A stretch of 34,361 nt of DNA from Spirogloea muscicola. Lineage: Eukaryota. This document shows positions 11,401 to 22,574 of this stretch, in pieces. The stretch is taken from positions 1,496,262 through 1,530,622 of the forward strand of contig WELB01000003.1 in NCBI GenBank assembly GCA_009602725.1, written 5' to 3'. Below the pieces are notes generated by a model. That model ran no database searches, had not been told where the DNA came from, and saw only the letters and a list, made by a program, of their open reading frames with translations. The translations under genes were made by a program, and so were the position numbers. The first letter of the stretch is position 1, and each line of letters starts with the position of its first letter.

Positions 11401-13232
11401 CTTAAGAGGGTGGCCATTGCCTCATAATGAAGGGCGGCTTCTCGACGACGTCATGGCCAATGTTGATGATGAGATCCGCAGTCTCGCAGCACAGATGCGG
11501 GAAGTCGTTGGCGGACAGCGCGCAGCAGCCAAGGCACAGCGGGTGCGAATCTGCGCACGCTCAGTCAGTGCCGCCCACCAGGATCCTTCAGCTCACATGG
11601 CTAAGTAAACTGGTCTTCATGCACGCTGCAGGATCGCAGGCTTTCTTGATGCGTGAGTTAGCCGTGGCAGAGTCCCTGTGCCAGCTTATGTGGAAAGGAA
11701 AGTGGTCAGCGAGGCATCACCTGGGACGACGCCCTTGCCCATCTGCGTTGTGACAAAGGGAACGCCGAGCTTGTCGACGAACTGCCTCAGCCTGCCGCCA
11801 TCAGCACTCACCGCAGCAAAAGTGAGCGCCCTCTTCGTGACAGCCTTAAGGCCAAGGGCGCGTCCCACTCAGGCATTGCTTAGTATCCAGCTTGAAGCAG
11901 CAAGAAGCTTAATATCACTGCAGACTGGATATACCATACCCCATGAGAAAGACTCGACGGTGAGCTACTACTTGGTAGCAGTTCCACTGTGAGCTTATCA
12001 CCTCGTAACCTGCTTTGACAATGACCTTTCTTCAATGCAGACATGCATTGAAAGCTTGAGCTTGGTTGAGGAGCCGACCGGACGCCTTAGAGCTTAGCTG
12101 CAGTATGGCTGCAGCAACATACATCTTTTGGGTGAGTTTGCGGTTGGCGCCGGCGCCAATGAGGAGCAGCGGGCGCTGGGCGGCCTCGATCATCGCGACA
12201 GCCTTAGCAATGGCCTTCTCCTCGGCGACGGGCCGCCGAACCTGGTGCACCGGAAAGAGCTCGGCGTTGGTGAGCGTGCTTGCAATGTCCTCTGGGAGCT
12301 CTAGGTGCACCGCCCCGGGCCGCTCCTCCATGGACAGCCGCGCCGCCTCTCGTACGAGCGACGGCACCAGGTCGCCGTCGGCAATCTGCCGCGTATACTG
12401 CAGCAGGAGAAGCAGGCCGGCCGACGGCTTCAATTCAGGCCCACAGTCACCCGAGCCACTGATGCAAGTTCTCTGAGGTGCACAAGTGGGAAGTGCAAGC
12501 AGTTTGCTTATCAAGTCAATGTACATTTAACACTAGTTGAGCGTCAGACGTAAATTGGTGGAATTCGAGGGTGGTAGCACCTCGCACCTTGGTGATGGGT
12601 CGCAGATTCTCAACAATGTCTACGATCTGAAATGAGCCCTGCTTGCTCTTCCGTATTGGCTTCTGACCCGTAATCATCATCTGCGCTCGTCTCACCAGCC
12701 AAAGTATGTTAGGGGTGTCAGGGCGACGAGGAGAGCCGTCGCCGCACTGATGCAATGTGGCCGTCTCAGCTTGGCGCGGCAGCCAGCAAGGTGCTCGAGT
12801 TGAGGTGGGGGGCCGACCATGGGGAAGCCGGCAAGCTGAGCATAAGCAGCGGCGGTTGTGAAATTGGTCGCGCCGGGACCGAGCGTGGAGAGGCAGACGC
12901 CGCACTGGCCTGTCAGGCGGCCAACGGTGGCGGCCATGAAGCCCGCCGCCTGCTCGTGCCGCGTCACAATCAGCTTGATGGTCGAGGTCTGCAGCGAGTC
13001 CAGAAGGTCCATGTTCTCCTCGCCGGGGATGCCAAAAATGTACCTGCACCATTGCTTTCACGCGGCATGGAGCAGCTCAGCATGCCGCCTGCAGAACTTT
13101 GGGCAGCAGGCATTCGTGGGCAACGAGAGCGGCGAGCAGGAGCAGTGTGAGCGCGCTCCCGACTCACTCGATGCGCTCGTTCTCCAGGGCCTTGACGAAC
13201 ACGTCCGACGTCTTGCGCTTATCGCCACCCAT
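4513..13232 (-). CDS. Fusion protein: ThDP-dependent acetolactate-synthase-like (2-oxoacid decarboxylase) enzyme + linker + ALDH21-family aldehyde dehydrogenase; 30 exons, 1137 aa
   Basis: Exons: 13232-13168, 13043-12818, 12680-12588, 12397-12123, 11791-11721, 11550-11421, 11265-11100, 10880-10792, 10648-10608, 10394-10360, 10150-10004, 9752-9646, 9419-9372, 9241-9145, 9023-8940, 8789-8408, 8175-7974, 7780-7712, 7463-7406, 7233-7171, 7023-6962, 6824-6668, 6496-6416, 6226-6122, 5898-5842, 5682-5579, 5443-5368, 5164-5063, 4855-4748, 4626-4513. They sum to 3414 nt, every phase is compatible and there is no internal stop. Confidence 0.85.
8940..13232 (-). other. N-terminal domain of the fusion: bacterial-type acetolactate synthase large-subunit-like ThDP enzyme
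   Basis: [42 protein letters not shown] (catalytic Glu), [32 protein letters not shown], ThDP motif [15 protein letters not shown]...[11 protein letters not shown], and IEVPVDY. Confidence 0.92.
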
Positions 13233-13706
13233 GGCTGCGCGCTGCCCACAGCTAGAAGTGGTGGGCAACGAAGTGTTTCCGGCAGGTCGGAGTGCGAGCC
13301 GGGGCCTTGTTGCCTGAAAGCTGCGGAGCTTTATGCAGGAGCAGAGGTGAGGAAGAGGTAGGAGACGAAGACTGGTGCGGGCAGCTGCACAAGGAACTCG
13401 TCCACTGTAAGTGATGGAGAAAGCAATGCTGGTTCTGGAGAGGGGCTGGGAAACAGACGAGGGCGAGCGGAGTCTACGGAAGCAAGACCTGCCTGCTCAG
13501 CCAGCATAGGCAATCGGAAAAGATCGTGTATTAGAAAGAAATGTAGGCCAAATGGCCAGGTACAAAGGCAAGCACACAGCATAGGCAATCAGGATTCCGG
13601 CGAGCTGCTGACGGTATTACTTTACCAAGTGCAACCCATGTAATATGAAGGAATATGTGATAAGAGAGGCATACTGTTACCTCGAGCGGCTTCAGACGGG
13701 GGTCGT

Positions 13707-14170
13707 AGAAGGTGCTCGCCCATTGAGAAGAGGGGCTGGCAAAGCCAACCCAAAAAGAATGGACAATGTTCAAAGCCAAAGAAAGAGGTGCTGAAAAAGG
13801 ACTTCACTACAAAGTGCAAGATGGTGCAGAGGGAGATGCAGATGGCTGCTCAGTATCCACGTGTGAGCAACAGCAGATCAGAGTCGTAGGACTGGTTGCT
13901 AAGGCCGTGATCAACTTTCCCGGCCCTCATTACCGGCCCCTCTTCTCAATGGGCGAGCACCTTCTTCATTACCACCCCTGTCCTTCTTTCTTTCTTTCTT
14001 TCTTTCTCCTGTCATCCCTTCTGCCACTGCTGCTGCCCCACTCACCCCGCAGCTCCAGCAGTGGTCGTTTGATGGGTCAACAAGGCCCCCTTATCTTTGC
14101 GCTAGTTTTTGTCTGAACAATGTATTGGCTTGAATTGGCCTCGCTTATATTTCATGCGCGCCTTCTCTCC
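13707..14170. repeat. Cluster of dispersed-repeat fragments matching the 3' regions of the elements at 22575-24000
   Basis: 13731-13783 matches 23315-23367 (ggggctggcaaagcca[a/g]cccaaaaagaatggacaatgt[t/c]caaagcc). 14096-14170 matches the reverse complement of about 22722-22800 (tttgcgctag...ctgaacaatgtatt[g/a]gcttg[a/c]attggcctc). A 30-bp perfect inverted repeat lies at 13707-13736 / 13936-13965. Confidence 0.8.
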
Positions 14171-14639
14171 TGCCAGAGGCGGATGGTGGGGCAGGAAGCT
14201 CGGAAGGAAGCCGGCGGGTTGCTGGCTGGCGGCGACCGGGGTGATGGGGCACGAGGCGAGGGGCTGGACAGGGCTTTGAGCGTGTGGCGGGGAGGGCAGC
14301 GGGCGGGGGCGCAGCGGAATAGGGGAAGTCGGGGTCGGGGGGCGCGGCGAAGAAGGAGCGGGGTGTTTTTTTNGGGTTGGGGAGCCCGGGGGGGGGGGGA
14401 GGGCGCTGACGTCAAGGCCGACGCCCCCGCCGACGAGGACGTGACCCGGCGGCGGCTTTCGATGACACGTTTGGGGCCGTCGACTGCCTCCTACGATATC
14501 CTTGCCCAGATGTAATCAGGTTGGACGCTAACAACAACACCAGAAGTGTATTTAAATTTTCAACCTGATCCGACTTGTCACGTCTGCGTCCGCTGCCGTG
14601 ACAATGCTCACGTCCGCGTTCGCGTCGAGCACGCGTCAC

Positions 14640-14701
14640 CACGTGGCAGTGTCGCCACGTGGCGCGGCCTCCTTGCCACTTGGACTCGTTTTAGGGTTAG
14701 G
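14640..14701. promoter_or_regulatory. Two G-box/ABRE motifs and a telo-box-like element in the divergent intergenic region
   Basis: CACGTGGC at 14640-14647 and 14656-14663; TTTTAGGGTTAGG at 14689-14701, about 230 bp upstream of the TAF1C-like ATG. Confidence 0.45.
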
Positions 14702-14929
14702 TTGCTGTGCTCTCAAATTGCCGCCTCCGCCGCCTCCACTACCGCCGCTCTCGCCGGCGCCTTTTCCGCCGCCGTCGCCGCTACTGCTGCTCTCACCGCC
14801 GCCAATTCCGCCGCCCCCGCCGCCGCCTCTTCCGCGGCCTCTTCAGGCCCATCGCCGCCGGCCCGTTGCCGACGTGGGAGCGAGGCTGCCGAGAGCCGCG
14901 ACTTCAGCCCCGCTGCGCCCGCAGATGGC

Positions 14930-17900
14930 ATGGCGGCCACGCCGGTGCCGAGCCTGGCGCCGGCCGCGCCCCCCGTGCAGCTGCTCGTCACCGGCGCGGA
15001 CCTGCGCCCGCCAAGCGCCGGGCCCTCGCAGGGCGGCGACCCGCGCCTGGTGAGCCCCTGCCGGACCTCCCGCCCCAGACGTCACGGCCTCCGCGTCGCC
15101 CTGCCCGTCGTCTCCGTTACGTCGGGAAACGCCTCGAAGCCGTGGATCCCGACCAAGTCTCGAACCCTCAACCTCAAGAATGAAGCTCTTATCCCCATCT
15201 GTGCGAAACCGTGTACGTAAGCCCAAGCCCTGCTTCGCCTGCTGCGTGCGCAGGTTGCCGAGAGCGTGCTGGCGAGCCTCCCGGGGGTGAACGTCCCGCT
15301 GCACCTCCTGCAGGGCCTGGTGGCGGAGGACGCGGCGCTGCGCAGCCGCGCCGCGCTGGACGGCAACCCCCTGGCCGGCTGCTGCCTGCAGTCCATCCAG
15401 GTGCTCCTCTTCACCGCAGCAGCATCATGGCGGTGCTCGATCTTCGGCCTGTCGTGTCTGCCGCTCGGTGTAGCATTTGAGGAGCACATTCACTGAGGAG
15501 CATATCAATTGGAGCATGAGGCTAGATTATACATCCAAGTCAAGGTCGGGTCATAGGAACTGTCAGGTACGGTCATGCAGGTGTCAGAGTCACCTTTTTG
15601 TGAAGCTAACTCTGGTGTAGCACAGCTTAATGTGAGCTGTATGTATGCCGTTATCGCAACGCCTGAGTTTGGTAGCACTAAAGCTTGAAGCCCCTGAAGC
15701 CCCTGAAGCCCGTGAAGCGCCTGAGTCCCCATTTCCTCTAGCCTTTATGGTGATAGCCGCTGAGAAGTCTGAGCAGAATAGGGACCTGCAGGCCCACATT
15801 ATCAGTGAGCCCTTGCACATGGGGCCATACTCAGGCGGCGGCTGAACTGGCGTGTCAAGTCACCTCTCTGCAGGCGCCCAGCGGGGACCTCCACGTGTAC
15901 TTTCCCACGGGGCGCAACGGCGCGCAGCTCGGGGGGGCCCGCTGCTGGAGGGACGCTTGCGGGAACTGGCGTGCGGCGCAGAATGAGAATGCCAATGTGG
16001 ACACAGAGTTGGTGGAGGTGGCGGCAGTGGCGATGAAGGAGGGGCGGAGCAGCAGGGAGTTCAATGGAGGAGATGGTGACAGTGACGAGGGCGGAGAGGA
16101 GGAGGTGGAGGAGAGTGGCGAGGGAAGCAGTGGCAGCGATGACAATGGCAGTGAGGGCAGGAAGGGGTCGGCGGTGCATCAAGGAGGGGTGGCGCAGTCC
16201 AGCGGCGACTCTGCTGGAGAGGCAGCAGGAACGCCTGTTCCAATGACGCCACCGATATGGCGGGCGAAAGCTGCGAGCGGCAGCCAGCGCGTGGTGCATC
16301 CGCTTCGCACGTCGCCGCCTGGGCACTACGTGCTCACGGGGCCGCTGGACCAGCCAATCAAGCAGGTAGATATGCACTGAACCCTTGCACTGCTCTTGCA
16401 GCCCAGCAGCCCGTGACCAATGACAGTGACGACTACTACCTAAGTTACATCTATAACAAGTCCACTAGCATTGACCACATTTGCTGCTTAGTCAATAGAA
16501 CGCTGTTGGATACGTTGTCAAAGTGCGTCCAGCCATGGCACGCCCTTCACCAGGACCATCAGGATGCCGTTGGGCCCCAAGTGTTGCAGATGCTTCAAAG
16601 TTTCTCTCGCTTGCCTTGAGATAGTTGCTGCGAGATGACAGCACCTCTGACTGTACTTTGCGGGTGCATTGCTTGGTCGAGAAGCTCGCCGCTGTAGCAG
16701 GTGATGGCATGTCAGCGGGCCTTGCGACGACTCTCATTGCTGCCCGGACATTGTCAACCATTAAGGTCTTTCGGTTGTCACCAAAGGTGAGCAGAGTAGA
16801 CTCTCTGCATCCTGCATATAGAATGCATACTCCTAGCATCTGTCAGCCGTCAGTGCCTTTGATAGCTCCGCATAAGGGCCACTCGCAAGGCTCTTGAGCT
16901 TCTCTGGTCCATCAGCCTGCTCATTTCATTGAGAGCACTAGAGCACCATTCTGCACCTTGGTCAGCAGAGTTGCTGGACCAGTTCACCTCTCTAGTCTCT
17001 CTTCTCTTCCCATGCCTCTCCACCTCCATTAGCTAGTGTTTGCCGAAGTTGCTTCTCATCTGGGCTCTTGCGAATGTTTGCGACCTCCAACAGGAAGCTG
17101 GCAGCGCGATTGAGCTGATCGTGGATGCGAGATTTTCGAGGTGCCCATGCCATGTAAGCTTCCCAACCATGAAGTTCTCCGTTAGGCTCAGAAAAATTGG
17201 CTCAAGCATCATGCTTCTACATGTATTTGGCAACAGGGTCAGCGTCTGTGTTCTCGGCCTGGACCTACGTGGTGATACCTCTTGATCAGCGTCAACTGCT
17301 TATGCACTGTCTGGATATAGTCATCTGGAGTGTGCTCTCTGTGCTGTACCAACCAGATATCTGGTTGGTTGCATAAGGTCTAGGATCACAATGGAGGACG
17401 TGCTTACATATGTCATTGTTCTTGGCAACTCCCGCACAACAAAGTGAGAGCACCCCTCAGTTGAGATTGCCAATCAAAAGGGACTGTCCTGCAGACTCTG
17501 TTGACGCTGATCTGGAGGTGCTACCGCTAAGTTCTTGTATAAGGATGAAGGCTTAAGTTGATACATATGTAGAAGATGGAAGAGCACCTGTATTTGACAT
17601 GGTCCTTTGTGCGTAGTAGAGGGTATCCGGCAAGCTATAACTTGTCAACTGCATAGCTGGCTTACATGTCCTGTTTGTCAAAGTGCAGCATGGAATCTAC
17701 TTCATACAGTTGTGCTCGTCTTGCAATGTGAGCACGTATATCTATGTGTTTTTCAAGTACAGCCAATTACTCAACCCATCTTTGACCACAAGATAGTGTG
17801 CTCCCAACACATGCATGCAGGTGGCGTGGAATCCGTACTTCCCGGGCACAGAGGCGGCTATTGTGCTTGATGATGGCTCATTGCACCTCCTAAGATTTCG

Positions 17901-20900
17901 TCGGGGAACGAGCACCGGCCTGCTTGAGGCTGCACACGTCCCCGTGGCTTCGACGGAGGACATGTGCACTGGCAGCCAGGTGGGTGTGGCTGCAGCGGCA
18001 GAGAACGCATCAGGGCTCTTGCCTGCAGCACAAGGCTGGTGGCGCTGCGAGTACGGCGGGCACCCCAAGACGCTGCTCGTGGCGTCACAGCGCCACGTGT
18101 ACCTGGTCAACGTGAAGGACGGCCTTGGAGGTACACACAGAGTTCACGGCTTGCAGCTTTTCAGCTGCTTGTACTTGAAGCCCCAGCTTGTCATCATCAC
18201 AGCTGTGCTAAGTAGCATACTTGCTGTCCAGGAGTCTGCTCCACAGTGTCTTGACAAGATGGCATCTGCACCTTCAGCTCGCTGATGCTTGACCAGCAAT
18301 GTCAACTACCCTGCCTCATGTTGACAAGCAGGCTCGTCAATCCGGTGCCTCGTGGATGCCGCCGGGCTCCATGCTTTCAGCCTGTTGCGGTCGCCGCGAG
18401 AAAGATTCTGGTCCCTGGCGACGTCCAGTCCCGTCGTCGGCGGCAATGGCTTCCACTTTGCTGTAGCTGACGCCTCGCACGTGATGCTCTTTGACGTGCG
18501 GCAGCCCCAAGCAGCAATGCTCCAGGTCTTCCAAAACTCCTGATCCTCACCAATCTCCTTACCTTATCAGGTTCTGCACGTTCTTGTAGTCAAAGGCTTA
18601 TGAATTTGGCAGTAGCAATTTGACAGCGGTATGCTCAAATGCAGAAGCTGATTGGGACGCTTTCTATGAACGTCATTGCTTTCCTTGATCTGAGGATTGA
18701 GTCTGTGGCATGGTACCCAGTGGGAGCACTTCATGGACGAGCCGCCCCAACTGCTTTTCATCCTCCGTCATGCGGATGGTACACAAAGATGCTCACTGCT
18801 AGCAAGACGAATTTGTGGCGGCGGGCTGCTGCCATGGCTGCCATAGTAATGCCCTGCTTTTGAATTCCACTAACAAGAGTGCGATCCCACTCTGAAGCCT
18901 CTTAGAGACACACGTAGTCCATGAGCCTAGACAATTATCTGACATCTGCTCATCGCAAGAAGAATTTAATATTACGTCAAAGCCAAAGCTGCACCAGGTG
19001 TCTTCTAAAGACGGCTAATTTGTGAAAGCCGGCTGCATGGCTTAGCCACTTGTGGACGCCATGTGCATGAGACTCAGCTTTGCATCTGCAAGTGCTGGTG
19101 CTTAGTAGACCTTAATGAGCACTTGACCAAGCAATAACCTTTCTGGTGGAGGTGAAGGCATAAGTCACAACTCCTTCTTTCGCTTATGCTATCATCGTTT
19201 TTGCTTGCACAGGTCATATGATTGTAGCAGCTTCGCTTGTCTCCGGAAGAGTCAGCTGCTTCCCGTACACCTCAAGCAGGCCAGAAGGTGCTGTGGACGT
19301 ATTGTCCAAACATTTACAGAAGGGACCTGCCGTCCTGATCGTGAGCCCTACTTCCACGGTGGAGAGATTTTTGGAGACTCCTGGCAACCGAGTCCTGGAG
19401 GGGCCGGACTCCATGGCAAAGCAGCGACTGGCTGGAGTTGCGCTTGCGCCCAGTGCCAGCAATGTTGCCATCTTGAGGCTTTCATCCACTCGTGGCCGAC
19501 TGGTGATCCAGGATTTTGTTGCATACCTGGAGGGCCATGGACTTCGGCGCAGTCACAGCAAGCAGACTGACTACAGTAATCCTTGTGCGAACTTGAAGAT
19601 GGACAAAGTGACAGAAGCTTTGCAAGGTATGCGCCCACAAATAGCAGCGCAGCCATTTGAGCTCTTTGAGAAGCTGGCATCCTTTCAACATTTGGTGCAT
19701 GCTTGATGCAGCTCACTGGCTCGAGGTCAATTGGGCATTATACTTAGGATGCGCGGCTCCTGTGGCTTTTGATCCTCAGATCGTGCACGTGCGTCATCAT
19801 TTCCAACAAGGGCACAGCAGGAGCTTCCAAGTGTGGTGGATTGTATCAGTTGAAAGATCCAGTTTACTTGCACCATTTGTACTGCCTGCATTAGACACTT
19901 CCATAGCTGTCACGTGCTGTACGTAATTGGAATGTGACCTTGACCTTGATATAGACATGAAGACAGGTCATGCATTGACCACCACTCGTCCACCAAGCGC
20001 ACTTGCGAGGAAACGGAAGGCAGGCAACCTTGACCATACCACAGGAGGGTTGACGCAGCCTCAGCTTGAGGCTAGATTTCAGCAAGTCCTTGAGGATACA
20101 AAAGAGCCCGTGACACTGTGAGCTGCCTGTTGCAGTGGCATATACTGCTAATTTACCAAATTCGCTGTTGCACTTTCCATTCACTGACAGTGACAGATGA
20201 GGTATAGGACAGGCATACAGTGTGATGTGGATACAGGTCTTCTCGGTCAGATTCAAGTATGGGACTCTGGGGGTCCGCATCAGGTGATGATGACTGCTTT
20301 GCTGCAACAGGCGGGAGCTTGTCGTCCAGCTGCATCTGGAGCAGCTGCCGCCGTCGCTTCGCAGCTGCACAGTGGCGCTTCCGACAGACTACAGCAACTT
20401 TGTGCAGCACTGGCACCGGCTTGGGTATTCGCCAGCAAACATAGAGGCCGAGCTGCAGAGGCTGAATGGAGTTGTCCCAGAGCCAAGGGATGCGACGATG
20501 GGGAATCCCCAAGCCAAGGCGGACCTCCAGCGGCGCGTCCACCGCAGCTTCCAGTCAATCACAAGGGAAACGAGAACTGCTGACGGCACCAATGACCAGT
20601 CGCGTGCCAGTCATGGGTCTCATGTGCCGCAGGGTATACCACTGGCCGTGATGTTGGAGTTGGCGGAGATATTGCGTGATCTGAGGGCTGCAGCCGCCAG
20701 CAGCCCATGCTTTGAAGACATCCTGCAGAGAGAGGCAGAGCTTGCCAACGCACTTCGGCTGTGCCTGAAGGAGCTGCCCTCTGAGGCAGGGAGACTGTCA
20801 AAACGGCAGCAGCTATCTGATGGCGCTAGTAACCGCCACCTGGTGTCAGCAGCTGCGAGTCGGCTGCTCCTCAATCAGCTAGTTATTGCTTGTTCGCCCG

Positions 20901-21397
20901 GGCCCGCCTGGGGGAGCTTTGCTAGCAGTCAGCGGTGCTGGACGCCAATGTCAGAGACAGAGGAGCGGCTGCTGTGGCCGCACGCCACCATAGTCCTGCC
21001 CCATGGTATCGAGCTCTGGCGCCGGGTGGCGGCCTCAGCGCTACCAAATGAGGAGCCCAGTGGTGATGGCAATGTTGTGCCGCTTGAAGGTGGGTGCCCA
21101 TGTAAGGCTCCCCCTGTGAATAGGCCCACAACCATGACTACTACATCCTTCAGCTTAAGACCTCAATTCAGAAGCAGTAACTCAGGGCTGTAATGATTGC
21201 AACTTGCCATCACATTATCTAGTTTGCCATCTCAGCTTACAGCTGCGTCACTCTTTCTTTTGAGATGATGACAACAAGAGAAATGATTGTCTGCAGAAGA
21301 TTGTGTGGATGAGGAGGTTGCTCTTGCCGAGCTCCAAAATGCATGGCTCGCTTGGCAGGCCCTTCCAGCCCCCACGCAGCTCGAGCCGCAACTCTAG
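14930..21397 (+). CDS. Multi-exon TAF1C-like protein (RNA polymerase I initiation factor subunit C, beta-propeller); ends tentative
   Basis: Exonic peptides LHVYFPTGRNGAQLG, VAWNPYFPGTEAAIVLDDGSLHLL, WWRCEYGGHPKTLLVA and HFAVADASHVMLFDVRQPQAAMLQ resemble recalled plant TAF1C blocks (FFPTG, WSPH, W.GCEF.WHP, DVRKP..P.LQW). Candidate last exon ends at TAG 21395-21397. Not all exons were resolved. Confidence 0.6.
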
Positions 21398-22574
21398 AGT
21401 TAAGAGCCTGGAGGTTTACATCCTTGGACGAGTCTAAGAGGCAGTTTGGAGCATTCTCTTCTTTCAATTAAAGAAGTCCTCATCAATCTATGTCACGATG
21501 GAATATCAATGCTTTTGCGCTTGAAGATGGGGCTTGAATTGGAAAGCCACCTCCTAATTTGGGCTTGCGAGGTAAGAAGCGGGACATAGGCCACCTATGG
21601 GCTTCCTTGACGATTGGCCAAAGCCTGCCCGCTTGAGGTCTTGGAGTTATCTGTTTGTTGTAGGTGCATGAGGCCTTCTTACTTAGTGACTGTTACTACC
21701 AGTAATGTCACCCAACAGGGAGAATAACTCACGGAGCTAATAGCCTTTGTGTTTGCTGTATTCAAAGCCTTACAAAGCAATTCATTGTACCCTCGCAATA
21801 TATGCAGGCTCGTTTGGACTGAGCAATCATTAGCAAGGGAAGCACAGAACAACCTGGGAGTTAGTGTCTACGCGGCAGGTTGGCAAGTAGTCTATCTGCC
21901 AGCCTTGCATGCTGCTATCAATGGGCTTGGTTTCTCTCGATTGGTATATTCTTGATTGATCTGTCTGATACTATGCAAGAAGATAGAGAAGCTCTTCCGA
22001 TGACTGCAAAAGGGACTGAAAAGCCCGAAAGGATGTTGACTGGTATGACACTAAGAAAACTCACAACGCGGGCTGGGCAAATGTCTGTATCAGTTCAGTG
22101 GGCTGTAGGAGCACTCTCAGAGGGGTGTCCCAGCACGTAGGGCTCAATTCTGAACCTGAGGGGACGTTGCTCTTTTATGCCGGTGCAGCTACTGCTGCCA
22201 CTCATTCTGGATGCGGTTGGAGCCTGTGCTAGACTGATCTGTATTCGCCTCCATGAGCGGATCGGAGTCTGTGCCGCTGGACTAGGGGCGGTTTGCTGCT
22301 TTCATGGAGAGGGGCAGACGCCCAGCTAAGGACACAGCGGAGAAAGTAGTGGCTGTTGAGAACCATTGGTTGGTGCGATGTTGAGAGTTGTCAGCTCTGA
22401 CAAATTCAAGAAGCGAAGAAGCTCTTTGCAAGGGGGCGGTGGTTGTGAGGCCTGCCTAATGGTTGGACATGGTCCGAAGGGGCTGGAGAGCGCATACTTC
22501 GAAGCTACAGTGAGCGACTACTAATGGGAGCTCAAAGGAGAAGAAGCAACTCTTCAAAGTGGGCCAGAGCTGTG

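Noticed and set aside
8940..13232. Canonical plant plastid AHAS/ALS
   Set aside because: No evident transit peptide, and the N-terminus has GIPGEEN rather than the plant AYPGGAS type.
15686..15724. GAAGCCCCT x4 tandem repeat, considered as CRISPR-like
   Set aside because: It is a short intronic minisatellite with no spacers, in a eukaryotic context with no cas genes.
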